Shown here piece by piece: positions 1 through 9,484 of a stretch of 64,000 nucleotides of DNA. Position numbers and translations under genes: made by a program. This DNA is from a virus. Location of the stretch: IMG/VR virus record IMGVR_UViG_3300024346_000007, one strand, 5' to 3'. Positions within the stretch are counted from its first letter, which is position 1. Every line of letters starts with the position of its first letter. Under the pieces are notes generated by a model. That model saw nothing but the letters and a program-made list of their open reading frames with translations. It was not told the DNA's origin and ran no database searches.

Positions 1-3000
1 ACCTCCGGCACTTCCATTTTCATTACCTATGACAAATTTACCTGAGTTTCCCCACCCACCTTGTCCTACTACCCAAGAAGTATTAGTAGTACTTCCAGCA
101 GTGTCAGAATAAAATCCCATAGCAGCCTCACCATTTGTTGAGGTTGGGCTTATTCTTACTGATCCATAAGATAAAGTTCCAGCTACATGAAGTAAAGATT
201 GAGGACTTGTAGTACCTATACCTACGTAGCCAGCAGAGGTGATACGCACTTTTTGTGAAGGATCTGCTGCATCACTGTTGGTATAAAAATCAAGGTAACC
301 TGCACTATTCCCATCAGTGGCATTCTCTTTTGCCCCAACAATTGAACCAAATGGTCTGTAAGATCCTGCGGTATTATATCTGCCTCCTAAATGTAACGCT
401 CCTCCCTTTCCTGAGCCAAATGTTCTATTGTCTAAGAATATAGGCCCATTTGTTGTTGAAGCATCATAAGATACAGCAAACTTTGACAGATAAGGTGTAG
501 TTGTTTCACCTATTAATAAACTACCACCATTAGTTTGCATGGAAATGTTTTTCCATGCAACTCCTTGATGTACGGCATTAATCTGGGCAGCATCATTTGT
601 TGTATCGTATCCTAATACTAATGCTTTACTAGGAGTTACTGTATTTGATACCCATAAACCATATGTAGCTTCACTATTTTGTGTTAAAGAAGGACCTACA
701 ATATGTAATTTAACTGCTGGTGATGTAGTACCTATGCCCATCTTTCCATCAGAAGCTATATAAACAGTGCCCGGAACTCCATTAGCACCGTTAAAGTATA
801 TAGGCTTAGCTGCGTATTCACCTATGTAGAAAGTACTATCTGTTTCTAATATTAGATCATTAGTACCATAGATGCTTGCGTATCCTGATAATCTGTGTAC
901 ATTTAAAGCATTTGATGCTGACGCTCCACTAATGTGTAGTTTAGCGTTTGGCGTCGTGATACCAATACCGACATTATTGCCGTTATTATATATCATAGCA
1001 GTGGTATTTTCTAAAGCATTACCTGCTGCATTATATCTTGGTACATAGTACGCTGTACCTGTTATAGTAGGGCTTACACCTGATGATCCGGATGTACCAG
1101 ATGATCCATTCTGACCAGATGAGCCTGAAGAACCATTTTGGCCACTAGAACCAGAAGAACCTGAAGAGCCAGAAGTGCCAGTTGAACCGCTAGAGCCTGA
1201 TGACCCATTCTGACCAGATGAGCCTGAAGAACCTGTGCTACCACTTGATCCAGTAGAACCTGAAGATCCAGAAGTGCCAGTTGAGCCAGAAGATCCTGAG
1301 GAGCCAGTAGAGCCTGAAGAGCCTCTTGATCCGCTTGAACCAGATGATCCAGAAGAACCTGAAGAGCCACTAGTGCCAGAAGATCCTGCAGCACCAGAAA
1401 TATTATAATATAGTTGACCAGTTGTTGGATCTATTACTACAAACTGAGTTAGGCCTGCGTTAAGAGCTAGATTTTTTATAGAAACAGAGCCAGTAACTTT
1501 AACACTGCCTGTAAATTCATGGCTGTCAGATAAATTATCACCAAATATATTAGAACCACTAGAGTATATTACAGAGGAGCTTATAGTCTGTACTATTAAA
1601 GTGTTTGCTTGAATATTACCAGTTGCAAGAATGCTTCCTGTTAGTAATAACACCCCATTATTAAAGCTCATACTGACTGATGCTGTAGCAGCATTTGTGC
1701 TATTATCAGCTAGTAGTATTCTACCTATAGCAGGAGTATGTATTGTATTGAAACCAGTACCAGATGATCCAGATGTACCAGATGTGCCAGTACTTCCTGA
1801 GGTTCCTGAAGAACCAGACGTTCCTGTAGATCCGCTAGAACCTGAAGTTCCGGTAGATCCAGAAGAACCAGAAGTTCCTGTTGAACCTGAGCTACCTGAA
1901 GATCCTCTAGATCCAGAAGAACCAGATGATCCTGATGTACCTGATGTACCTGTAGAACCCGAAGTTCCGCTAGTTCCAGATGAACCGTTTTGTCCAGAGG
2001 ATCCAGATGTCCCTGATGATCCTGAAGTTCCAGTAGAGCCTGAAGATCCGGAGGTACCAGTAGACCCAGATGATCCCGAAGTTCCACTTGTGCCGGAAGA
2101 ACCATTTTGACCGGATGATCCAGATGAACCGTTTTGACCAGAAGAACCAGATGAACCAGTTGAACCAGAGCTACCAGAAGTGCCAGTTGAGCCAGATGAT
2201 CCTGAGGTACCTGAAGTTCCTGATGAACCGGAAGTGCCACTAGTACCAGATGAACCGTTTTGTCCAGATGATCCTGAGGTACCGCTAGATCCAGATGAAC
2301 CTGAACTACCTGAAGTACCCGAAGATCCAGAGGTACCTGTACTACCTGAAGTTCCAGATGTACCGCTAGTACCTGAGCTACCGCTTGTACCTGAACTTCC
2401 AGAGGAGCCAGATGTACCAGAAGAACCAGAAGTACCCGAAGTTCCTGAAGAACCTGATGTACCAAAAGTTTGTCCACTAGTACCTGCTGAACCAGATGTG
2501 CCTGCTGAACCAGAGGTTCCAGTAGAACCTGACGTACCTGCAGATCCAGAAGTACCTGAAGTGCCAGAAGATCCAGATGTGCCTGAAGTTCCGCTGCTTC
2601 CTGATGATCCTGAGGTGCCAGTACTACCTGAGGATCCTGAAGACCCTCTAGTGCCAGAGGAGCCAGATGTACCAGAAGAACCAGAAGTACCTGATGAGCC
2701 TGAGCTACCAGATGAACCAGAAGTGCCAGAGGAACCGGATGTTCCAGATGATCCTGAGGAGCCAGCTCCTGTTACGTAACTTTTAATACCGTATATTCTT
2801 AGACTTTCTACGTACCATGTGCCTGCACCTGCTGTAGCAGTAACAGATACTGTTATTGCTTGACTTGTAGTTGCTAGTTCACTATATTTTAATACAGCTC
2901 CCATAGCAAATTGATCCCCAGCACCTGTAGCATCCCCTCTTAAAACTATTGATCTTTTTACTACACCACCATATGAAAGATTAAATGTAGCTGTTGAGTT

Positions 3001-5040
3001 TGTATTTGCTTGAGTTAAATAGTCAATCTCAGCTTCAGCCATAATAAAATCATATGTATTGGCTGAGATTGTAAATGTTTTAGCGCTTGCATTTGTTGCT
3101 GTTCCCGTTGTTTCGATTTCATCTCTATATATTAGAGCAGAAGCCGATGGTATAGTTACTGGGTCATATGAAAAACTAGTACCAGAAGTTCCAGATGATC
3201 CATTCTGACCAGAGGAGCCGGAAGAGCCGCTTGATCCAGAAGTACCGCTTGACCCAGAAGAACCTCTAGATCCTGAAGAGCCAGATGATCCACTAGTACC
3301 TGAACTACCTGTTTCTCCTGAGGAGCCGGATGACCCTGTTTGACCAGATGATCCACTAGTACCTGTGGTTCCTGAGGTGCCGGTAGATCCAGATGATCCA
3401 GTAGTTCCAGAAGTTCCGCTAGTACCTGTAGACCCAGATGTACCAGAAGATCCTGTTACCCCACTAGTACCTGATGATCCACCTGTGCCAGAAGTACCAG
3501 TTGATCCAGATGTGCCAGATGTACCAGTTGATCCAGAAGAGCCGCTAGTTCCGGTGGAGCCGCTAGAACCAGATGTACCAGAAGAACCTGATGAGCCTGA
3601 ACTTCCTGTAGAACCTGATGAGCCGCTAGTACCTGTAGAACCTGATGTTCCAGCAGTGCCAGATGATCCAGAGGAACCATTTTGACCAGATGATCCAGAG
3701 GTTCCGGATGATCCAGAAGATCCATCTCCACCACTAGCACCTGCTAGGTTAACTTGCCAAGAACAATAATTTCCACTTCCGACAGTTACATTTGGAATAC
3801 TATATACTAACACTCCTGTAGATGGGTTATATGATACTACACTTGCTTCTTGGTAATTATTAACATCATAAGACATTAAGAAAGTCTGTGCAGTAGAATA
3901 AGACAATCCTAACTCTACAGTAATAGATCCACTTTGTCCTAAAGTTGCACAAGTAGTGGAGGTAGTTAAGTATCTATCTCCAGATCTTCCAGCTGATCCA
4001 GATGTTCCACTAGTGCCAGATGTACCTGTTGATCCAGATGTTCCACTAGTGCCAGAAGTACCAGTAGAACCTGCAGTGCCAGATGTTCCCGTAGAACCAG
4101 ATGAACCAGAAGTTCCGCTTGTTCCGGTAGATCCAGATGTACCTGAGCTGCCACTAGTTCCAGAAGAGCCAGATGAGCCGCTAGTTCCAGAAGATCCTGA
4201 GGAGCCTGAGCTACCACTAGTACCTGTTGATCCAGATGAACCAGTACTTCCTGAACTACCTGAGGTTCCAGTTGAACCGGATGAACCAGTAGATCCAGAA
4301 GAGCCAGTAGATCCAGACGTACCTGTTGAACCGCTAGAGCCTGTTGATCCAGATGTGCCACCACTTCCAGAAGAACCAGAAGTGCCTGATGTGCCACCAC
4401 TTCCAGAAGAGCCTGAGGTTCCGGATGAACCAGATGTGCCGTCACTTCCAGTAGATCCGGAGGTTCCACTAGTTCCAGATGTTCCGCTAGCCCCACTGGA
4501 TGAGTATTTGAACTCTCCAGTAATGGGATCTACTACAACAAATAAATCAGCACTGCTTGTATATTGTAAGTGTGGATCATATATTGATCCTGATATATAT
4601 AAAGATCCTGTAAATTCATGTGTATCATCTATGGTATCTCCAAATTTAGTAGATCCAGATGCATATATTATTGACGAAGATTGATAAGTAACTATCAACA
4701 TATCAATAGAAGCAGTACCACGTAGTACTAAATCTCCATATATAGACTGACTACCATAAAAAATATTAGACCCCGTGGTAGCTAAAGATTCAGATTTTGC
4801 TACAAATACAGGATCTACTTCATCAAAATGAGATGCAGATATTGCATAACTTGCACTTATAGCCCATGATGCTGTTTGAGATACTCCTTCAAAAGACCCT
4901 GAGAAGGTTCCATTAAAAGAGCCTGTAAATGATCCTGTAAAAGAAGAGCTAACAGAGTTAGCTACGATTGTATTGTATACCGTAACATTGTTATATGTAG
5001 CATTCCCATCCTGAGGGGTTATCTGGAGCCAAGTAGCCAT
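1..5040 (-). CDS. Very long tail fibre/adhesin with Gly-Ser/Thr (GSS/GTS) collagen-like blocks; 3' end runs off the window
   Basis: Absent from the ORF track, probably because no stop lies inside the window. ATG at 5040 (MATWLQITPQDGNATYNN...); the same frame still reads as sense at position 1 (...GWGNSGKFVIGNENGSAGG). Four (GSS/GTS)n blocks, a duplicated SSxIYxSGSxxFGDxxxDxHEFTGS module and GIGTTxP-type fibre repeats near the left edge. Confidence 0.85.
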   Translation of the reverse strand, partial: MATWLQITPQDGNATYNNVTVYNTIVANSVSSSFTGSFTGSFNGTFSGSFEGVSQTASWAISASYAISASHFDEVDPVFVAKSESLATTGSNIFYGSQSIYGDLVLRGTASIDMLIVTYQSSSIIYASGSTKFGDTIDDTHEFTGSLYISGSIYDPHLQYTSSADLFVVVDPITGEFKYSSSGASGTSGTSGTSGSTGSDGTSGSSGTSGSSGSGGTSGTSGSSGSGGTSGSTGSSGSTGTSGSTGSSGSTGSSGSTGTSGSSGSTGSSGSTGTSGSSGSSGSSGTSGSSGSSGTSGSSGTSGSTGTSGTSGSSGSTGTSGTAGSTGTSGTSGTSGSTGTSGTSGTSGSAGRSGDRYLTTSTTCATLGQSGSITVELGLSYSTAQTFLMSYDVNNYQEASVVSYNPSTGVLVYSIPNVTVGSGNYCSWQVNLAGASGGDGSSGSSGTSGSSGQNGSSGSSGTAGTSGSTGTSGSSGSTGSSGSSGSSGTSGSSGSTGTSGSSGSTGTSGTSGSTGTSGTGGSSGTSGVTGSSGTSGSTGTSGTSGTTGSSGSTGTSGTTGTSGSSGQTGSSGSSGETGSSGTSGSSGSSGSRGSSGSSGTSGSSGSSGSSGQNGSSGTSGTSFSYDPVTIPSASALIYRDEIETTGTATNASAKTFTISANTYDFIMAEAEIDYLTQANTNSTATFNLSYGGVVKRSIVLRGDATGAGDQFAMGAVLKYSELATTSQAITVSVTATAGAGTWYVESLRIYGIKSYVTGAGSSGSSGTSGSSGTSGSSGSSGSSGTSGSSGTSGSSGTRGSSGSSGSTGTSGSSGSSGTSGTSGSSGTSGTSGSAGTSGSTGTSGSAGTSGSAGTSGQTFGTSGSSGTSGTSGSSGTSGSSGSSGTSGSSGTSGTSGTSGSTGTSGSSGTSGSSGSSGSSGTSGSSGQNGSSGTSGTSGSSGTSGTSGSSGSTGTSGSSGSTGSSGSSGQNGSSGSSGQNGSSGTSGTSGSSGSTGTSGSSGSTGTSGSSGTSGSSGQNGSSGTSGTSGSTGTSGTSGSSGSSGSRGSSGSSGSTGTSGSSGSTGTSGSSGSTGTSGSSGTSGSTGTSGTSGSSGTGFNTIHTPAIGRILLADNSTNAATASVSMSFNNGVLLLTGSILATGNIQANTLIVQTISSSVIYSSGSNIFGDNLSDSHEFTGSVKVTGSVSIKNLALNAGLTQFVVIDPTTGQLYYNISGAAGSSGTSGSSGSSGSSGSSGSRGSSGSTGSSGSSGSTGTSGSSGSTGSSGSTGSSGSSGQNGSSGSSGSTGTSGSSGSSGSSGQNGSSGSSGQNGSSGTSGSSGVSPTITGTAYYVPRYNAAGNALENTTAMIYNNGNNVGIGITTPNAKLHISGASASNALNVHRLSGYASIYGTNDLILETDSTFYIGEYAAKPIYFNGANGVPGTVYIASDGKMGIGTTSPAVKLHIVGPSLTQNSEATYGLWVSNTVTPSKALVLGYDTTNDAAQINAVHQGVAWKNISMQTNGGSLLIGETTTPYLSKFAVSYDASTTNGPIFLDNRTFGSGKGGALHLGGRYNTAGSYRPFGSIVGAKENATDGNSAGYLDFYTNSDAADPSQKVRITSAGYVGIGTTSPQSLLHVAGTLSYGSVRISPTSTNGEAAMGFYSDTAGSTTNTSWVVGQGGWGNSGKFVIGNENGSAGG
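1075..4500 (-). repeat. Four blocks of degenerate 9-bp codon repeats encoding G-S/T-S/T triplets (about 1075-1395, 1753-2770, 3175-3745, 3980-4500)
   Basis: Repeated accagatga/accagaagt/tccagaaga units on + strand; they also create Pro/Glu/Val/Asp-rich shadow ORFs. Confidence 0.9.
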
Positions 5041-5072
5041 TTATACTTTTTATTTTTGTAATCTCTCTTAGA

Positions 5073-5081
5073 TATAAATAT
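5073..5081 (-). promoter_or_regulatory. Putative late promoter ATATTTATA upstream of the fibre gene
   Basis: TATAAATAT on + strand, 32 nt upstream of the ATG at 5040; the motif recurs before about 16 minus-strand gene starts. Confidence 0.65.
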
Positions 5082-5091
5082 CCAGTAACTT

Positions 5092-5325
5092 CTAAAAAGA
5101 GTTATCTCCTAGATCAATAACTTCGTTACTTCCTGTATCGGCAAATGTTCCAAGGCCTGCTATGTATATAGAACCAGAATAAATGGAGGTTGGTCCTACT
5201 TCTTGAGACCCGCTTATCACTATTGCAGGCTTTGCAGAAGAGGTCTGTATAAAAGTTGTCATGCCAGAGAAAGTAAAATCTCCAGTCATATTTTTATTAA
5301 GTTGCTTTGATCTAATTAATGCCAT
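5092..5325 (-). CDS. Small hypothetical virion protein
   Basis: 77 aa ORF tightly packed between tail-completion and fibre genes; beta-rich Ser/Gly/Thr composition. Confidence 0.6.
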   Translation of the reverse strand: MALIRSKQLNKNMTGDFTFSGMTTFIQTSSAKPAIVISGSQEVGPTSIYSGSIYIAGLGTFADTGSNEVIDLGDNSF

Positions 5326-5327
5326 AG

Positions 5328-6584
5328 TTATTCAAATTTACCTACTGCTATTATTTCATCTACGCTATCAAATGTATACCCTAATGTTGCCGTATTTACT
5401 GTTAATAAAGTACTAGCTCCTATTTCACCAAACGATATTATATGCGTTGCGTCTACAAATACTCCGTTTACAAAGAACTTGAAATCATTTATAGATGTAG
5501 CTGGTAATTGTGATGATACTGGTGGTTGCAGTATTGATGTATTAAGGAATGTTGCAGTATTTGCAGTTGTTGATGCAGGGTCTGCCTTATATGTCTTAGA
5601 TGCATTTAGATATGTTATTGTAGCTGCATCTATTACATTTATCTGTGTTATATTTGTCACGTTCACTCCTTCTGGTATGTAAGATGTTTTAGCAACAGAT
5701 GGTGTAGTTCCTGTAGAATACCTTATATCCTCTACATTTTGTCCTGATGCCTCTAGTGTGAATAGTATTTGTGTTTTAGATCTGTACTTGAATGCATTAG
5801 AGGCCAAGAATCGATCTATATTGTTTGGGGTGAGGTATCCGTTCATTACGAGAGTAAAGGTGCTTATAAAGCGCCTATCGCTTCCCTCAGCTATCTCATT
5901 TGTAATAGGGAAGTTGTCAATTCTAGCTTTGAATAAAAACTTTCCAGGCTCTCCCCAATAAGCATCTGATCTAAACCCTATCGCCTCTATAATTTTATTG
6001 AGATCTTCGTAAAAAGATACGTATATATTACAAGTATATGTTAGTGTATAATAGTCAGGGACTACTACATTATAGAATTCTCTTACAGGAGCTCTATTAG
6101 TAAGGACTGCGAAGTTATCGTATTGATTTTTTTTAGTATACCTCTTCTCGTAGTTCTGATATATGTTTACTTTGTTGCCATCAAGCTTAGTTGTGAGGGA
6201 CCTATTACGCTCTAAGTTGTCCCTTTTAACAGTTATTATAGGAAGTATAATTTTACCTTCCTTATCTCTGTACACTCCGTCCTTTTGTGCTGTTTTCCAT
6301 CTCTCAGCATCAGCAAATATTATAGGAATGTTTTGCTTAGACCCTTCGTTTATTACGTAAGGCTTTATGACTTCATCAAAATAATACAATATAGCACTAT
6401 CTATATCTTGAAGACCTACAGATATGTTTTTTATCTCTTCTCCACGTAAAGAATTATCATCTCCTCTTTTGTAATCTTGTATAGAGGGCTTACTTGAAGT
6501 TTCTATATAAGGATCTATCTGAGAATTTAATATTTCAGCCTCTGTTTTTGGTCTATTTTTTATGACACGCTTTTGTAGTGGCAT
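5328..6584 (-). CDS. Tail completion/sheath stabiliser (T4 gp15-like) with extra C-terminal beta domain
   Basis: IPIIFADAERW...LPIITVKR...VPDYYTLTY...FTLVMNGYL pattern; follows the two neck genes. Confidence 0.6.
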   Translation of the reverse strand: MPLQKRVIKNRPKTEAEILNSQIDPYIETSSKPSIQDYKRGDDNSLRGEEIKNISVGLQDIDSAILYYFDEVIKPYVINEGSKQNIPIIFADAERWKTAQKDGVYRDKEGKIILPIITVKRDNLERNRSLTTKLDGNKVNIYQNYEKRYTKKNQYDNFAVLTNRAPVREFYNVVVPDYYTLTYTCNIYVSFYEDLNKIIEAIGFRSDAYWGEPGKFLFKARIDNFPITNEIAEGSDRRFISTFTLVMNGYLTPNNIDRFLASNAFKYRSKTQILFTLEASGQNVEDIRYSTGTTPSVAKTSYIPEGVNVTNITQINVIDAATITYLNASKTYKADPASTTANTATFLNTSILQPPVSSQLPATSINDFKFFVNGVFVDATHIISFGEIGASTLLTVNTATLGYTFDSVDEIIAVGKFE

Positions 6585-6585
6585 T

Positions 6586-7074
6586 TTATGTAGTTTTAAT
6601 GAGGTTTAGTTTATTAACTCCAGTAAGATGCGCCTTACATATCATAGACCATGACTCACCATACTTCTCTAGATCTGATTCTAAAGAATATTCTGGGTTC
6701 TTACCCATCACTCTTTGGTTTTCTACTACAAGATCTACTTCATAGTAAGATTCTTGCCAACATATAATGTCTCCAGCCTCAGTAACTAAATTTAAATCTA
6801 TTAAATCATCTCTTAAAAATCTAAACTCTGCTGTTTGTGCTCTAGATTTACCAAAGGTTTGGTCTTCAGACACCTGTTGATCTACTAAGTATAGACAAGC
6901 TATTAATATAGGCTGGTTATACATCTTGTTTTTAGACTCTCCGTATATATTATACTTAGTCTCCGGTAGAGATATCTTATAATACAGCACCTCCTCAGCA
7001 ATAATCCTATTTACGATTTGTCTGCTGTGATGTCTGAAAAAGGATCTTGCTCTTATTCCGCCGTATAGTGCCAT
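6586..7074 (-). CDS. Neck/head-closure protein (T4 gp14-like)
   Basis: YNIYGES...EAGDIICW...YYEV motif; lies between gp13-like and gp15-like genes. Confidence 0.6.
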   Translation of the reverse strand: MALYGGIRARSFFRHHSRQIVNRIIAEEVLYYKISLPETKYNIYGESKNKMYNQPILIACLYLVDQQVSEDQTFGKSRAQTAEFRFLRDDLIDLNLVTEAGDIICWQESYYEVDLVVENQRVMGKNPEYSLESDLEKYGESWSMICKAHLTGVNKLNLIKTT

Positions 7075-7463
7075 TAATCTAGTTGTATTAAAGTGTCTAG
7101 CTTGGGTTTAGCCGCAACTATGCCAACAATATTATCAATATCTTGTTTTTTATCAGAACCCACCATAGCTTTTTTAATATACTCTAGATGTTTTTTAGGA
7201 TCTTTATTGGTAATAAATTTAACCTCCACTGTACTATATTCATAGTCTGTGAGAGTTCTGTTAATTTTATCCAATCTTTCATCTCCTCTCAAGTCTACAA
7301 TAGTAACACTCTTTATACCTCTTACTCTTTCTACGGCCTGTACTCTATTAAACTTTTTTTTAAACTTAATAAGGAATACACAAGAGTACGTATGAAAAGT
7401 TTTCTTTATAGACTCTTTTCTTTCAAATCTATCTTCTATTAATATATCTATTAACTTTACCAT
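7074..7463 (-). CDS. Hypothetical protein with MxKLxDILxE leader
   Basis: Starts MVKLIDILIE; translationally coupled to both neighbours. Confidence 0.7.
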   Translation of the reverse strand: MVKLIDILIEDRFERKESIKKTFHTYSCVFLIKFKKKFNRVQAVERVRGIKSVTIVDLRGDERLDKINRTLTDYEYSTVEVKFITNKDPKKHLEYIKKAMVGSDKKQDIDNIVGIVAAKPKLDTLIQLD

Positions 7464-8686
7464 TATGCTATGTAAATTGGCATTGGAAAATTGATAAAAG
7501 TATCACGCATCATAGCAGCTTCTTGAGATTTTTTCTCCATCTGTTTTTGACGTGACGTATCATCTAAAGTTCCTCTAAGTTGATCAATTAAAGCACCTTT
7601 TTCAGCAGTGGCTTGATCTATTAAAGTCTGTCCGTTTATAGTAACTTCTGCTCCAGGTACTGGTATTTGGCTATACACCCCTCTTATATTTCCTAAAGTC
7701 TCTTTAGTTATAGCTAGAGCATAATCAAATATCCATTTTTTGAATATGTCATTGATTTGACTGTATACAATTGTGTGGAACGGAACATTACTTATGTTTG
7801 TGATTATATTAGCACTTCCAGGTCCTATACCTACAGTAGTTACACTTGTAGCAGACGATCCAGATATAGCTACTCCACCTCTGATCAAAGAACCCATTTC
7901 AGACTTCTTAACATATGTGAAATATAACCTCCTATCAAAAGTTGGTATTGGGAATATCCTCAATTGATTGTTGTGTATCTCAAATGTATAAGCTGATTTT
8001 CTTATTTGATCATTGAATTCAATAGCTTGTATTTTAAGTACATCAAAATATACAGGCATCAACATAAAGTTAATACCAGGAGACATTTGACCAAAGCCAA
8101 AAGTTTCCATCAATGATTGCAATCCTGTACCAGTTCCTGCATATGGATCAAAGTACCTTGTAATAGCTGGTGGTGCTTCGTAAAATATCCTTTTTATATC
8201 TATCTGATCTCCAGATTGAGCTGCGCCAGAAGAACTAGCCCATGCGTTTAAATCGTAATACTGACGTCCTGAATATAAATCTATTGATCCTGTATAATAA
8301 GGTACATTTCCTCCACTTCCTACTTCACTGCCGTAATCAGCAGCTATTCTCATTATATTTGTAAAGTTAGGCTGGATTAATGCATTATTTAAAGAACTAC
8401 CAGTGGGGCTTCCCTCCATCGATAAGTAATTCTCTCTTATCTTATACTCATATAGTTCTTTACCATATGCAGATATTGCATCTTCCAATGCAGCGTAGAA
8501 GTTGATATCTTGTAATTCTATCTCCATGATAGGATATCCCAGTCTTCTAGATGCAAATTTTACAAATTTTGGACCGTCTGCCTGAAATTGAGGATCAGCA
8601 TCATAATATCCAAAAGGAGTATTACCAGATACTGGCAATAATGCTATAGATGCGTCGTAATATTGTATTTCTACTTGTCCTGCCAT
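7463..8686 (-). CDS. Neck/head-tail adaptor (T4 gp13-like)
   Basis: RRLGYPIMEIEL, WIFDYALAITKETLGNIRG, VTINGQTL and C-terminal PMPIYIA are typical of gp13-like adaptors. Confidence 0.8.
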   Translation of the reverse strand: MAGQVEIQYYDASIALLPVSGNTPFGYYDADPQFQADGPKFVKFASRRLGYPIMEIELQDINFYAALEDAISAYGKELYEYKIRENYLSMEGSPTGSSLNNALIQPNFTNIMRIAADYGSEVGSGGNVPYYTGSIDLYSGRQYYDLNAWASSSGAAQSGDQIDIKRIFYEAPPAITRYFDPYAGTGTGLQSLMETFGFGQMSPGINFMLMPVYFDVLKIQAIEFNDQIRKSAYTFEIHNNQLRIFPIPTFDRRLYFTYVKKSEMGSLIRGGVAISGSSATSVTTVGIGPGSANIITNISNVPFHTIVYSQINDIFKKWIFDYALAITKETLGNIRGVYSQIPVPGAEVTINGQTLIDQATAEKGALIDQLRGTLDDTSRQKQMEKKSQEAAMMRDTFINFPMPIYIA

Positions 8687-8714
8687 TTATAATTCTTTAT
8701 AAATATAAATATCG

Positions 8715-9404
8715 CTAACTCCTGTATTGTTCAAATATAGCCAGCATAGGTTCTACTATTGGGTGCCTATGATTGGTTTGCAGGGTTATTGTGCTAAATC
8801 CTGGGATATCTTTCATATGCTTACATATAAAATCAAACCCTGAGTCTTTCTTATTCTTAAGATCTATCTGTGCACTGTCTCCACATATAATAATCTTGGA
8901 TCCTATACACAAACGTCCCATAATAAGCTCCAGTTGATTCTCAGAACAGTTTTGTGCTTCGTCTATTATGACTATGCAGTTACTGAAGTTGAACCCTCTA
9001 AGAAATCCTACTGGGATGATCTCTATCTCTCCTTCTAATACTAACTTTTCTATCTTTTCTTTACCAGTAAGCCTATACATGTTATCATATACAGGTGCGG
9101 TAAATGGTGCCATCTTCTCATCTTTTGTACCTGGCAAGAATCCAATCTGTTCTCCGGCTGTAATAGCGGGCCTAGCTATTATAATCTTCTCAACTTCTTT
9201 CTTAAATAGCATATCTAGTGCTATTTGTGCCGCTAATAACGATTTACCACTACCTGCCTTTCCTCTGATAACTGCAATATCGCTGTTTATTATTTTCTCT
9301 TTTGCAATCTTCTGTTCATCGTTTAATGATAACTGAAATTTGATTGGGTTTTTAGGGACTCTCTTCTGCTGAAACACGGGATCTTTGTGATGGTTTGATG
9401 ACAT
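8715..9404 (-). CDS. phoH: PhoH-family ATPase
   Basis: GKAGSGKS Walker A, IGFLPG, FLRG, IIDEAQN, GDSAQID, RHPIV motifs. Confidence 0.95.
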   Translation of the reverse strand: MSSNHHKDPVFQQKRVPKNPIKFQLSLNDEQKIAKEKIINSDIAVIRGKAGSGKSLLAAQIALDMLFKKEVEKIIIARPAITAGEQIGFLPGTKDEKMAPFTAPVYDNMYRLTGKEKIEKLVLEGEIEIIPVGFLRGFNFSNCIVIIDEAQNCSENQLELIMGRLCIGSKIIICGDSAQIDLKNKKDSGFDFICKHMKDIPGFSTITLQTNHRHPIVEPMLAIFEQYRS

Positions 9405-9436
9405 AAACTAGTTTTATATAAATAGATTATAATAAT

Positions 9437-9460
9437 AAAAAAGCCGGGATAAACCCGGCT
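9437..9460 (-). terminator. Rho-independent terminator after the major capsid gene
   Basis: Minus strand reads AGCCGGG-TTTAT-CCCGGCT followed by a T-run, 25 nt after the capsid stop. Confidence 0.85.
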
Positions 9461-9484
9461 CTTTCATTTTATTTCCTCATCTGA

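Noticed and set aside
1074-4684. Pro/Glu/Val/Asp-rich plus-strand ORFs and Leu/Gln/Val-rich minus-strand ORFs in the track
   Set aside because: They are shadow frames of the GSS/GTS repeats of the real fibre gene (1-5040, minus).
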